In this document: positions 25,632 through 39,290 of the stretch, piece by piece
Position numbering within the stretch: the first letter of the stretch is position 1
How the letters are laid out: every line of letters starts with the position of its first letter
Assembly (NCBI RefSeq): GCF_006345805.1
Contig: NW_021834505.1
Coordinates: forward strand, 1 to 51,900
Length of the DNA: 51,900 bases
Reading direction: 5' to 3'
Source: Octopus sinensis
Taxonomy: Eukaryota
Program-made: the position numbers and the translations under genes
Notes under the pieces: generated by a model
Database searches by the model: none
Seen by the model: the letters and a program-made list of their open reading frames with translations, nothing else
Told to the model about the DNA's origin: nothing

Positions 25632-26938
25632 CACGCACATACTGACAGTAAAAGAAAAAAGCAATCTCTATCGCTGTATATATATATATAAATACACACA
25701 CCTATATATATAATATATATATATATATATAATATATTATATATATATATACATATGTACATGTGTGCGTGTGCTTTACGGTTTGCCAATCGGTGTCGAT
25801 TGTTTACGACCTCATAACATAGCGGTTTGGAAAAAGAGACCGATAGAATAAGTACCAGACTTTAAAAAAAATAAGTACTGGGGAGTCGATTTGTTCAAGG
25901 AAGACCCTTGAAGGCGGTGCCCCAGCATAGCCGCAGTGCAATGACTGAAAGAAGCAAAAGAGAAACGATTGTACCTTTGCAACTTCTCAGATCCAGTTGA
26001 ATAAATGTTGCAGCGACATCAGTTTTGCAGCAGACATACGAGATGAATTTGCCTAAGTCCTTCATAAAATGGCTGCTAAAACTAAAGTGCGACAGATATA
26101 AAAGGGCGGGAAAAAGGCATGTCGTTGGTAATGGTGCAGATCAGTATCAATCATCGTATATGTTTACCGAAACCTTGGACTGAGATCACTCGGCTTCTAT
26201 GTCAATGAAGACCATGGCTATCTGCGTGAAATGATGTGAATTACAGAACTCGGTGAACATCTATGCTTTGAACTCACATTACGATCTCGGGATCCCATCG
26301 TCTCGAGGCCCTGATCAGTCGAGAAGTCTTTCTTTCCCAGCATAAGGTCCAGTCCTTGTTGCCGTGAAGTGGCTTGTGAAGTGCCTCATTAACCCCGTGA
26401 GCTATGTCACACTAAAGCGCAAGGACACGGTAAAACTTCCTATACTGGACATGTCAAAGGATAAACGTGAGACTAAAATGGAGAATCTCGTCCTAGAGGT
26501 AAAAATGGGTTAACGAGATGTAGAGCTAACAGTTTTGAGAAAAATAAAGATAAAAAACAAAACAAATTTACAGAAGAATCGATGATAGTTCAAAACCACC
26601 AAGACCTGGGAGAAGAAAACACAGCATTAAGTGGAGAACCGTGGAGAAACGTCCCCGAAGGCCTGTATTCGAGAGGCTTATGTGAGCAAAATTGTATATG
26701 TTAATGCGTGTATCTCTTTGATCGTCTGTTTACCTGTCTTGTAATTTTGCTTTGTATGCGCCTAGAAACGAAAGCGCATACACAGGTATACGAATTGGAC
26801 AGGTACCAATATTCGTATCAGCAAAGAATACTTTGTGCCACTTTGCGCATGCCTTCGTATTTGTCCTATTACACGTGCAATGAATATAAAAAGTATTTCT
26901 CCTGTGTGCGTATATGTATGTATGTATGTATGTAGGTC

Positions 26939-27015
<77 letters not shown>

Positions 27016-27839
27016 ATATATATACAGTGACACACATGTATGTGTATATATATATTTGTTCGTTTGATTTGAAGCGAGTTATTAGAAATAGAAAATAGAT
27101 TCACACCACAGCGGCCATATTTTAAAATGGATGCATTTCAATGTCGGGCATAGCAGGATATGAACTAATTTCTATCAGTACGAATTGCAAAGGTATTTGG
27201 TCGAGCACCCTACTGTCTTCACCAGCCTCACACCCTCCTGTCTTCACCAGCCTCACACCCTCACAACCCTTGTGGGAAATTAAAAATAAAATTAAAAAGA
27301 TCTAAGAAAAAGACGCACAAAAAAATAACCAACCACAAAAGAAATAGACTTTGCTTCTGATTAAAATTGGAAAACGATGTGAAAAGTTTGCCAATATCTA
27401 TAACTGAAATTGAATACAAAAATATATATGAAAATAAAAAAATAATACCAAACCAAACCCACAAATAAAACAATAACACTATAATTGTACACAGTAGTGT
27501 TGAAAATCGAAATTGTATTCACTTGCTGAATATATCAGATATCGCTAAAAAAATAGGAATATATAAAAGCGAAAAACGAAAAACGAAATAAGTAAACCAG
27601 ATATAAAACGCGATTATATACAATAAAATAAGCATAGAATAAAAATGAAATTTATTCTGAAAAACAGAAGCTAGTGTAGTAGTAATATTGTCTACAATGA
27701 TAAGAGTTGCTGCTGTCTGATATATTTATTAGTTCTATTTGGAAGAGGGCCAACAAGGAACAGTTAATTTTTATCGTTTAATGTTTGCGATCATTTGTAT
27801 ATATATATATATATATATATTTATATAGAAGGAGAGATG

Positions 27840-27898
<59 letters not shown>

Positions 27899-28214
27899 TT
27901 TGGAATTGAACAAACGTTATATTAACTAACTGATAACTATCTCTCCTGAATTGGTTGTTATGTAGGACGGCTATAATCGCTTGAATTGATGAAGTAAAGC
28001 AAAGGAGATACAATCGTCATCAACAAAATGAATAAATAAATGAAACAAGGTACACATGGCTGTGTGGTCCAGAAGCTTGCTTTCCAGCTTTCCAACCACA
28101 TAGTTCCGGGTTCAGTTCCACTGCGTAGCACATTGGGCAAGTGTCTTCTACTATAGGCTCGAGCCGACCAAAGCCTTGAGAGTTATGGTAGACGGAAACT
28201 GAAAGAAGCACCAT

Positions 28215-28258
<44 letters not shown>

Positions 28259-28346
28259 ATAATCCAACATGAACAAGAGAAAACACAACAACGCGAGGAC
28301 GTGGAACAATTACAGTGTTATTGGACGCTCAGGAAAAGAAAGAAAG

Positions 28347-28387
28347 AGTATTGAACGTTTCGAGCGGGGCTCTTCGTCAGAAATATA
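28347..28387 (-). ncRNA. Candidate minimal hammerhead, canonical core CTGACGA
   Basis: Minus strand CTGACGA-A-GAGC CCC GCTC-GAAAC-GTT; stem I imperfect. Lies in a roughly 200-bp repeat (28270-28470) with a more decayed relative at 46310-46500. Confidence 0.55.
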
Positions 28388-28623
28388 GAAAAAGGAAAGG
28401 TCGAAGGAAGGGAAGACGGAGAAAGAAAATCGCCAACGATACACACGCGGTCTCGTATTGAAAGTGACCACGTGTATATATATATATATATATGGAAAAA
28501 GTTGAATTTTATTTCATCCTTTACTTTGGGTGGTTCCAAAGTTCAATCTTTAATAAAGATCCTTCATATTAAATTTGTAGCTTACTATTGTAAGTATTTT
28601 TCGAATATGAAAATGTTACAAGT

Positions 28624-29369
28624 ATAAGGTGTGTTATGAGCATCTATAGAACCCGTATCCTATAGAAACTCAACGAACAATTAAAGATGGAGAAGAAGAA
28701 ATGCTAAAAGTTTTATAAAATTTTAATCCATGCATCCGATCGTTTCAAACGGTAATATTAACATGTAAAAGACATGGAAAAAATTAGAAATTAATTTAAT
28801 TATAATTATAGTTATAATTAAATTAATTACATATTACCGTTCTCCTCAGTGTGAAAGAAAAATACATAAAAAAAGGATACATCGGAAGAATTTTATATTG
28901 TTACAGAAAACTTGATGGAGTGTCACATAACATGTTCGGATATTCGTAATATGATTATGAAGAATGAAAGATAAAAAAATGCGTAGGTAGTGTTGAGTGT
29001 AGTTGTGTATGAGTTATAGTTCACACAGATCTAGGTTCAACACTATCTAAGCATGTTTTTATCTTTCATAAAGATATTATGCATATCCGAATATGTTATG
29101 TGACACTAACTCCATCTAGTCTTCTGTAACAATATAATATTCTTCTGATATATTCTTTTTGATGTAATATGTAATTAATTATAATTATAATTAAATTAAT
29201 TTCTAATTTTTTTTCCCATGCCTTTTAAATGTTAATATTACTATTTGAAACGATCGTATGCATGGATTAAAATTTTATAAAACTTTTAACACCTTCTCTT
29301 CTCCATCTTTAATTTTTTCTTGAGTTTCTATAGGATACTTGTTCTATAAATGCTCATAACCCACCTTTA
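28624..29369. mobile_element. Roughly 750-bp foldback (almost fully palindromic) AT-rich element
   Basis: Left arm from TAAGGTGTGTTATGAGCATCTATAGAA matches the reverse complement of the right arm ending TTCTATAAATGCTCATAACCCACCTT. Pairing continues with indels to a centre near 29000-29035. Confidence 0.8.
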
Positions 29370-29377
29370 TATATATA

Positions 29378-29449
<72 letters not shown>

Positions 29450-30251
29450 TGTAAGTATATATGTTTGTATTTGTGTGTTTGTGGTGGATATTTGAATAAA
29501 TGTGTGCATGTAAGGGCAGATAAATTGGCACTCATATAGTGGGCGTGCATGTCGCTTTAGTATACAAGTGTGTGATTCATAACTTTGTGTGTGTGTGTGT
29601 GTGCAAGTGTGTGCGTGTGCACGCTCGCGCGCGCCTGTGTGCTAGTGTGTGTACTGCCATACGTCCATGTGAGTGTGTGCGTATGATCAATTCAGAGAAT
29701 CACCGGAATGACTTAGAAACTTCCATTGCTCCATTAATCGATTTTATTTAGAGGATATGAATCAGTTTGTTCTGCTCTTTTTTTAAAGAATTCCTGCATT
29801 TCTAGGCTTTTATGAAATTTCATCTTACATAGCCTCGAGCACCTATTTTAATTGGTGCAAATGAAGATCTGCAGCTTAGATACAAGAGCTGCAAGTTTCT
29901 TATTCACAAGAGTTCTTTACTCCAGTCGTTTCACGAGATATTCACATCTGCTAAGGAGCTTACCTCTACAACAGTTCACGATTTTTGCTCCTTGTCCTAG
30001 ACAACACAACATCTAGCATGTTGCACTTACAACGGATTGATGTTTTTATTGGAAGATTCCACAAGGATTCTTTATTTTCTAAAGATGTGGACACGTTCTG
30101 CTCCTGGTGTACTTTTCATGTAACCATTAGAAAAATCTGTGCTGTAGATAGTATTGTAAGCGATTTTAGCGACAATCTCAAGTTTCATGAGCAGGTAGTA
30201 CTCATGATGGATAGGTGATATATAAGACACACCATTATCTGTAATGTGCGT

Positions 30252-30566
30252 GTTCTTTCTTTCGCCCTTTTCAAGCCTAGCCAGGCTCATGGGCCCGGTT
30301 TCCCGGTTTCTGTGGCGTATGTGTCCCCCTTCAGCTGGACGGGACGCCAGTCCATCGCAGTGTTACTCAAGAAACAGGAAGAAAGAGTGAGAGAAAGTTG
30401 TGGCGAAAGAGTACAACAGAGGTCACCATCACCCCCTGCTGGAGCCTCGAGGAGCTTTTAAGTGTTTTCGCTCAATAAACACACACAACGCCTGGTTTGG
30501 AAATCGAAACTGCGATCCTCCGACCGCGAGTCCGCTGCCCAAACCACTGGGCCATTGCGCCTCCAC
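30252..30566 (-). mobile_element. SINE family A (tail type 1)
   Basis: Head as above; tail shares CTGCGATGGACTGGCGTCCCGTCCAG and GAAACCGGGAAACCGG with 4320-4621. Confidence 0.8.
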
Positions 30567-31292
30567 AATGTGCGTGTTAGCTGGTTCTAACGTGCGTAAC
30601 ACGCTGCTTGATTTTTTAAAAGTAAAAAGCTTTGCTTTTCCCGATTCTCATTTAAAATATTTACTCACATAACCAACAACACCAAAACTTATTGGTATAA
30701 ATATGATTATTGGTAAAGTCAGAATTGAGAAACTGCAGGTTTTGATAGAGTCGTCCATAAATAGTTTCCTGCACATTGATTTTAGAACAAAGCGATGTTT
30801 ACATCTGCATGGCAGCTGTCTTCCATGACCCTCTGTGACTTTCCTTTTCTGTTCAAATTAACAAAGATCACATATGAACACTTGAAGTTTATTTTCTGCT
30901 TCAGCGCAACATTTCTTGCATATTTTTATCCATTTAGTTTAATCACAAAAGACTTGCCTTTCATCTTAATACAGGTTTAACTTTAAGTCGAGCTAAATAT
31001 CCAATGCTGCAAACCTATCAGACATCGATGTTTCGACCTTATTGACTTATTGATATATATATACGATACGATTCCACATGGTTGCCGTCAACCAAATTTG
31101 CTCGCAAGATATTGGTCGGTCCGGGATTGTAGTTATTAAAAAAAATAATAAGACACTTGTCCAAGGTGCTGCACAGTAAAACTGAACCTGAAATCACGTG
31201 GCTACAAAGCGATCTTCTTAACCACGAAGCCGTAATACGCCTAACGCTTTCTTGCCTAGCACGCTTAATATGATATTTTAACTAACCTAAAT

Positions 31293-31369
<77 letters not shown>

Positions 31370-31714
31370 ATATCTATCTATCTATCTATCTATCTATACA
31401 CACACACATGTGTATGTATGTTTGTACTCCACTACTTTTCAACCGGTGCTGGTTTGTCTACATCCCCGTCACTTTGCGGTTCAGCAAAAGAATTGGAATA
31501 AGTACCAAATTTAAAGAAGACAAAACCAAGTATTGGAGGCGATTTGTTCAACTGAAATCCCTTCGAGACAGTGCTCCAGCATGACTGCAGTTCAGTGACT
31601 GAAATAAGTAAAATAGTAAAGGAAAAGATAACCAGGATTCTTTCTTTGCAGCGAAAAAAATTAATGCAAGAGAGACAGGGGAGACAACTTGTAATCTCAA
31701 AACAATCGAAATAT

Positions 31715-32088
31715 TTCATTGGTTTCAGTCATTTGACTGCGGCCATGCTGGAGCACCGCCTTTAGTCGAACAAATCGACCCCAGGACTTATTTTTTGTAA
31801 GCCTAGTACTTATTCTATCGTTCTCTTTTTGCCGAACCGCCAAGTGACGGGGATGTAAACACACCAACATCGGTTGTCAAGTGGTGGTGGGGGGGACAGA
31901 CACAGACACGCACACACATATACGACGGGCTTCTTTCAGTTTCTATCTATCAAACCCACTCACATGGCTTTGGTCGGCCCGAGGCTATAGTAGAAGACAC
32001 TCGCCCAAGGTGCCATGCAGTGGGACTGAACCCGGAACCATGTGGTTGGTAAGTAAGCTCCTTACCACACAGCCACTCCTGCGCCTAT
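31715..32088 (-). mobile_element. SINE family B. Further fragments at about 22780, 23680, 25775, 28050, 31050, 31420, 34500, 36122, 39570, 46120, 48625 and 50010.
   Basis: Shared head or 3' module motifs. Confidence 0.8.
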
Positions 32089-32756
32089 ATGTTGACAACA
32101 TCAAAGTCTTAATAAATATAAATTAGAAATACGCATGCGCAGATGAAAGAATATTATAATCAGATTAATATCGTTTAGGCAGGTACGGTGACAACTGCGG
32201 CCATGCTGTAGTAACCTAAGATAAGCGTATTTTTCCGTATCTGTTAAGTCCAGTATCACACACAAACACAAACATACACACACACACACACACACATACA
32301 CACACACACACACACACCATATATACTAATGTAGAATTGCACACGAGAAGGCGTGTTAACATAACATAACGACGAAAGGAAACCGGCCGCGGGGCGCCAT
32401 TCACGTCCAATTTGACGCTTCTTGTGCTTTCTCCATAACGTTTGATATTTCTATTTATAAGTGTTTAGAACTGTTCATGCTATTGTCGTTCAATATATGT
32501 ATATCCTTTGATGTACGGCGATATTGTATTCGGCTTCTAATATCTGAATTTTTAATGTGTCTGAGTTTCATATTACTCATATCGTTATATGTCCTTGTAT
32601 TCTCGTCAAGATGCTTGTTTTTGCCGTTTCTTTAAAACTTGTAATGAATTTTTAAAACCGTTATTCGTGATCTAACACTATTTATAACAAAGTGTCTTGT
32701 TTTCGTTGTAAAATTCTTCACAATAACAGCATAGTAATGTCGACCCAAGTGTTAAG

Positions 32757-33470
32757 GCAAGCGAGCTGGCAGAGTCGTTAGCACGCCGGGCGAAATGCTT
32801 AGCGGTATTTCGTCTGCCGTTACGTTGTGAGTTCAAATTCCGCCGAGGGTCGATTTTGCCTTTCATCCTTTCGGGGTCGATAAATTAAGTACCAGTTACG
32901 CACTGGGGTCGATGTAATCGACTTAATCTGTTTGTCTGTCCTTGTTCGTCTCCTCTGTGTTTAGTTCCTTGTGGGTAGTAAAGAAATAGGTATTTCGGCT
33001 GCCGTTACGTTCTGAGTTCAGATTCAGCCGAGGGTCGATTTTGCCTTTCATCCTTTCGGTGTCGATAAATTAAGTACCAGTTACGCACAGGGGTCGATAT
33101 AATCGACTTAATCTGTTTGTCTGTCCTTGTTTGTCCTCTCTGTGTTTAGCCCCTTGTGGGTAGTAAAGAAATAGGTATTTCGTCTGCCATTATTTTCTGA
33201 GTTTAAATTCCGCCGAGGTCGACTTTTCCTTTCATCCGTTCGGGGTCGATAAATTAAGTACCAGTTACGCACTGGGGTCGATGCAATCGACTTAATCCGT
33301 TTGTCTCCTCTGTGTTTAGCCCCTTGTGGGTAGTCAAGAAACATGTATTTTTTCCGCTTTTAGATTCTGAGTTCAAATTTTGCAGATCTCGATTTTGACT
33401 TCATATTTTCAGGGTCGATAAAATAAGTACCCCGTCGCCTGGAATTACTGGCCTTGTGCCAAAATTCAAG
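32757..33470 (+). repeat. Head-to-tail tandem array of family C SINE bodies (about 4 units)
   Basis: GGTATTTCG unit starts at 32804, 32989, 33174 and about 33344 (periods 185, 185, about 170). Confidence 0.85.
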
Positions 33471-34621
33471 ACCAAAAATCTGCCCAATTGTGTATGAGCT
33501 GTGCCTCATGTTTATCTAGTAAACACATTTGATGTTTTCCCGTTTGCGATTGATATAATCTGTGTTTTGTAATTACCTTTCTAAGCATTACTTTTAGATC
33601 TGGCAGTGTAGGAATATATTGCATCATGGCAATGGGAAGAATCAATCCGTTTATTTACAATGCAGCGTTCATTTCTCGGGATTCTTTATTTTCCATGTTG
33701 TGTGTTGTGTAATACTGCTTTCATAGATCTTATTTCGCGTGGGCTTGTTACAAAAGTAGGCGTCGAGATTACTAAGCATGGAAAATTCCATTTTGAATGC
33801 AGATAATGTCAACAGTTATGCTACCAAATACGTGACATAACACGATTTTAGTTTTTCATCCAGGTATATGCTGTATGCTACCTTTAATGGACCTCTCAAC
33901 ACACAGGTGATAATTTAATCATTTTCTTTGATCAAAGAGTCCATAAATAAGGTATGTCGTTGTACGTATCCTTTAATCTATATAAGCGCCATTGAAATTC
34001 TTCTTACACTTCTAACAACCATTTAATGCCGATTTCTGTGGAGGATCTGATATTTACTTCCATACATTTGCCTTCTCGTTGGTTGACACTGTTTGGGTTT
34101 TGTATAGTATTGAAAGCCATGTTAGTGGTTTGTTTGTAAGATATTATAGAGAAACTCAACTGTGTATTGGCGTTGGACGAAACGCATTGTGATATTTATA
34201 TCAGATTGAGACTATTGGGCGCAGCTGTTTGGACTCTAGTGATTTGACATAACTGACTGGACACTCAGCCTGTTTTGGTGACATTCCTTTTTCTCGTGCT
34301 GGAGGCACCTTTTGGAAACGGGGTAACCGAACCCATGAATCTCCGGAATCGAAACAGTGATATCCAGAGGATGACGATAATGATGGTATTTGTTGTGACT
34401 CTTTGCACTCTGAGTTCAAATTTGGCCATGGCCTACATGGGAGCTAACTAATATTAGTGGTTGCATTAAGAAAAACAAATCAAAAGCGAAAATGCAAAAA
34501 AAGAGAAGCAAAAAACAACAAAGATAAGTATTGGAATCGATTTGTTCAACTAAAAACTCTCCAAGACGATGCCCCAGCATGGCCACATTCCAATGACTAA
34601 AGCAAGTAAAATGGAAAGAAC

Positions 34622-34675
<54 letters not shown>

Positions 34676-34748
34676 ATATATTATATATATATATATATAT
34701 ACATACATATTTATATACATACATACATACATACATACTTATTATACA

Positions 34749-34790
<42 letters not shown>

Positions 34791-34812
34791 CATACATATA
34801 TATACATATATA

Positions 34813-34865
<53 letters not shown>

Positions 34866-34899
34866 TATATTATATATAATATATATACATACATTACAT

Positions 34900-34933
<34 letters not shown>

Positions 34934-35522
34934 ATATATGAAACGTACATATCTAACGTATTTCAAAGATATTTACTTTCGAGAATGCGACGTCTCCTGA
35001 AAGAAAGAGAACTTGAAAACAAACCCTCTCGCTTCTCCTTTCGACAAGAACCTCTTAAATAATGTATACGACGTTCGCCATATTAATGAACGAGACTGCT
35101 CTCCTATCTTTAATGCTCGGTTTCTTGAGCAAAAGAAGCAAAAAGAAGTAAATAACGAAACAAGCACACACTGCTAGCTCTGGTAGTTTAATCTAAAATG
35201 TACATTTAGATTAGCTTGTTTGGCAGGTGTATTTCTTACCGCAGATGATAATGTAGAGCGTATTGTGTTTGCATTTTATGAAAGATTTGATTGGAATATT
35301 TCACTAATGTTCCTTGTAGCGAAAGGTATAAATAGGTGTTGTGTGTGTGTGTTGTGTGTGTGTGGTGTGTGTGTATGTGTGCGTGAGTATGTCTTTGTGT
35401 GAGTATGTGTGTGTGTGTGTGTGTATGGATGATGTATATATGTAGTATGTATGAATTATGTATGTAGTTTGTATCTATATATGAATATGCTGTATACGTT
35501 TGTGTGTATGTATGTATGTGTG

Positions 35523-35560
<38 letters not shown>

Positions 35561-35839
35561 TGTGTGTATGTGTGTGTGTATTCGTTTTCCAAGGGTGTCC
35601 TTGTTAAATATCGCTGACAATGATAGATGACGTGTAACAGATGAAGACCGCGCTTCAAAAATAATCTTTTTGCTTCATTTCAATAGAAAATACTCTTATA
35701 ACGTAGTAACCACCACCAAGAAAACCGCCGCCGCCGCCGCCGCCGCCGCCACTACCACCACCACCACCACAAAAAAAAATAACACTGAAGCAAAATATTG
35801 GCTAAACTGGCAAAATGACCATTCCGAAATATAACAATA

Positions 35840-35884
<45 letters not shown>

Positions 35885-35885
<1 letters not shown>

Positions 35886-36013
35886 TTTATTTAAAGCAGC
35901 AGCAGAAAATTCAACAATTGAATTTTTTGCTGCTTTAAATAAAGCATATTACTCTACCACTGGTATTTGAGTACTCTTTTTTCCAGCTTGTTTCATATTT
36001 ATGTGTTTACTCC
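35885..36013 (-). mobile_element. Sibling of the 11365-11563 element with the hairpin apex and hammerhead deleted
   Basis: Same arms (CTTTATTTAAAGCAGC..AAATTCAA / TTGAATTT..GCTGCTTTAAATAAAG) joined by about 3 nt; same unique flank in reverse orientation; (TA)n on both sides. Confidence 0.8.
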
Positions 36014-36016
36014 TCC

Positions 36017-36096
<80 letters not shown>

Positions 36097-36326
36097 CATA
36101 TATAATATGTGTGTGTGTGTATAGGCGCAGGAGTGGCTGTGTGGTAAGTAGGTTGCTTACCAACCACATGGTTCCGGGTTAAGTCCCACTAAGTACCAAC
36201 TTGGGCAAGTGTCTTCTACTATAGCCTCGGGCCGGGCAAACCCTTGCGAGTGGATTTGGTGGACGTCGTATATATGTATATATATATGTAAAGTCATAAA
36301 TAACAGAGAGATAGTTTAATGAAATA

Positions 36327-36954
36327 TCTTTATATATAAAAGTGAGGTTGTGTGCTGTCTGTCTCCTACGATTGAGATTCCTAACTACTCCCACATTTTG
36401 CAGTGCAGTGTAACCAAAACCGGGTATCTTATAGTTGTGATTCATATCGAGCCCTTCTGGGTATTAGCGCGCGTCTACGATGAGTCTACGACTTAAAAAG
36501 AAATTTACCATCATTTTTTCCCATTTTAATGCATTTTTTTGCTGTTATATAAGGGAAGTAACTCTCTAAAAATGTATTATTAAATCTCAGAACGTAAAAT
36601 GCTACAGTAACACCCCCCCTTGTGGGTTAGCCTATTGAGATGGTATTATACTTTCATCGTGTGTCGATGGCGGCGGAGTTGGCGTCCATGGTCACACCTG
36701 CACCTGTTTGCTTCTCCCCCCTACTTCCCTTCCTCATGAAGCTGTGGGGAAGGGAGTGTAAGGAAATCAACGTCGTAAAGCGTTGGTCAAGGAGACCAGC
36801 GTTCTTTTGAACAACGACTTCATGGCTTGAAGACACCAAAACAGAAATGGCTAAGAAAGCCCGAATTGGCATCTATAAGGGAAGTAACTCTTCTAAAACT
36901 GCTTATATAGTTATTTCCCTTACAAACCCGAGCTACGCCGGGCGATACTGCTAG
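36327..36954 (+). mobile_element. Non-autonomous Helitron
   Basis: 5' A|TCTTTATATATAAAA; 3' GC-rich hairpin CCCGAGCTACGCCGGG (36927-36942) then CTAG|T; no TSD. Confidence 0.75.
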
Positions 36955-37244
36955 TAATTAATAAACAAGAAAATTTTAATATCACAACAAATTGTTTCGT
37001 AACTTAGAAAATGTAAATAGTTTACATTATAATATTTAACAATAAATAAATAATTGATAAATAAATAAATGTATCGTAATATATATTCTAGATATTTTGT
37101 AGATTGATACATTAAGGATCTATTTTTATGAGTGCATAAATTATGACTTAAATATATATATATGTATATACACATACACAGAACTGAAGCGCTCAAAGCG
37201 GAAAAAGCTATAATTTATAGCATGTAAATGTAGGGTCTAAACCT

Positions 37245-37690
37245 TTAGATATTTACACACACACTACACACGCGCACACCCACACCACACACACACACCA
37301 CCGCCACACACACAGCGCGCACACACACACCCAAAAACACACACACGCCACACACAACCACACACGCGCACACACACATCACACACCGAGCACACACCAC
37401 ACACACTCGCACACACACACACGCGCGCCACACACACACACACCACACACCCACACACGCACACACACACACTCGCACACACCACATCACACACCATCCA
37501 CACGCGCACTACACATCACCCCTCACACCCCACACACACAAGCGCACACACACACAAAAGCATCACGTGCACACACATCCACCCACACACACACACTGTC
37601 ACACATCACACACCACACAAACACCCACACACGCGCACACACACACCCACACTCGCACGACACATCCACACACACACGCGCGCACATGCA
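37245..37690. repeat. Degenerate (CA)n-rich tract
   Basis: Direct inspection; a similar GT-rich tract lies at about 1680-1900. Confidence 0.9.
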
Positions 37691-38091
37691 CACAGTATAT
37701 ATATTCCTAGCTATTGTGTGTGTGTGTATGTGTATTTTTATATATGTATGCGTCATTGCACAAACATAGCGCGTTCACAAAACAGAAACAAAACCACACG
37801 CACAGGCATATGCACACACACTCACAAGAATAACATATATACACACAAATATGTACGCGTATGAAAATGTATTTTCCTGTATTCAACCAATATTTATTAC
37901 TAAACCAGTGCAATTTAACATTGCTTCCATCTCTAACAACAGACTTTGCAGGCTGCGCACAAATCCGGCCGGGGGGGGGGGGGGGGGTATCTGGGGGGTC
38001 CTTGTCCTTCTCCTGGGACGGGGGTGTTAGCTGTCTGTCTGTCCTGCCCTGTCTGTCCTGTCTGTCTGTCTATCTATAAAAAATCTATCTA

Positions 38092-38123
<32 letters not shown>

Positions 38124-38292
38124 CTCTGTCTATCTCTCTCTCTCTCTCTCTCTCTATTTGTCTGTCTGTCAGTCAGTCTGTCTGTCAGTCAGTCTGTCTG
38201 TCAGTCTGTCTGTCTGTCTGTCTGTCTGTCTGTGTGCCTGTGTACATGTCTGTCTGTCTGTCTTTCTCTTTAGCAATCTATCTATCTATTTA

Positions 38293-38333
<41 letters not shown>

Positions 38334-38409
38334 TTATCTATCTATCTGTCTGTCTCTTTGTATGTATATAGTAAGAGAATATTCGTCGAAATAAATAGGC
38401 CCCCCACAC

Positions 38410-38452
<43 letters not shown>

Positions 38453-38654
38453 CACACATACACATACACGCACATAGTTACACACACTCAATCACTCACT
38501 CATATATATATATGTCTATAGTGTACATAAATTGCGTATTTGCGTGAATGTTTCTCTGAACACAATGGACGCTTCTGACCAAAAACATCTGCCTCAGCAA
38601 ATAGCCAAACCCACAGAAAATAAAACAACAACAAAAAATGAAATTGGTTGTAGT

Positions 38655-38881
38655 AGTCGTCGTCGTTGTAGTTGTCTTCTTCTTCTTCTTCTTCTTCTTC
38701 TTCTTCTTCTTCTTCTTCTTCTTCTTCTTCTTCTTCTTCTTCTTCTTCTTCTTCTTCTCTTCTTCTTCTTCTTCTTCTTCTTCTTCTTCTTCTTCTTCTT
38801 CTTCTTCTTCTTCTCTTCTTCTTCTTCTTCTTCTTCTTCTTCTTCTTCTTCTTCTTCTTCTTCTTCTTCTTCTTCTTCTTC
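38655..38881. repeat. (CTT)n microsatellite with two phase slips
   Basis: Direct inspection. Confidence 0.95.
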
Positions 38882-38883
38882 AA

Positions 38884-39290
38884 GTCAGCGAGCTGGCAGA
38901 AACGTTAGCACGACGGGCGAAATGCCTAGTGTTATTTCGTCTGTCTATGTTCTGAGTTCAAATTCCGCCGAGGTCGACTTTGCCTTTCATCCTTTCGGGG
39001 TCGATTAAATAAGTACCAGTTATGCACTGGGGTCGATATAATCGACTTAATCCGTTTATCTGTCCTTGTTTGTCCCCTCTGTGTGTAGCACTTTGTGGAC
39101 AGTAAAGAAATAAGAAGCGTTAGCACGACGAGCGAAATGCCTAGCGGTATTTCGTCTGCCTGTACGTTCTGAGTTCAAATTCCGCCGAAGTCTACTTTAC
39201 CTTTCATTCTTTCGGGATCGATTAAATAAGTTCCATATAATCGACTTAATCACTTCCCCCAAATTTGAGGTCTTGTGCTTCCAGTAAAAA
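38884..39290 (+). mobile_element. Two tandem family C SINEs
   Basis: Full copy from 38884; second copy restarts at CGTTAGCACG near 39118. Confidence 0.8.

Noticed and set aside
27213-27262. Exact 25-bp tandem duplication (2 units)
   Set aside because: Simple slippage duplication; only two units with no spacers, so not CRISPR-like.
34258-34450. Short open frames on both strands, including a signal-peptide-like MTIMMVFVVTLC
   Set aside because: Overlaps a decayed family C SINE motif (CTCTGAGTTCAAATT) and lacks splice support.
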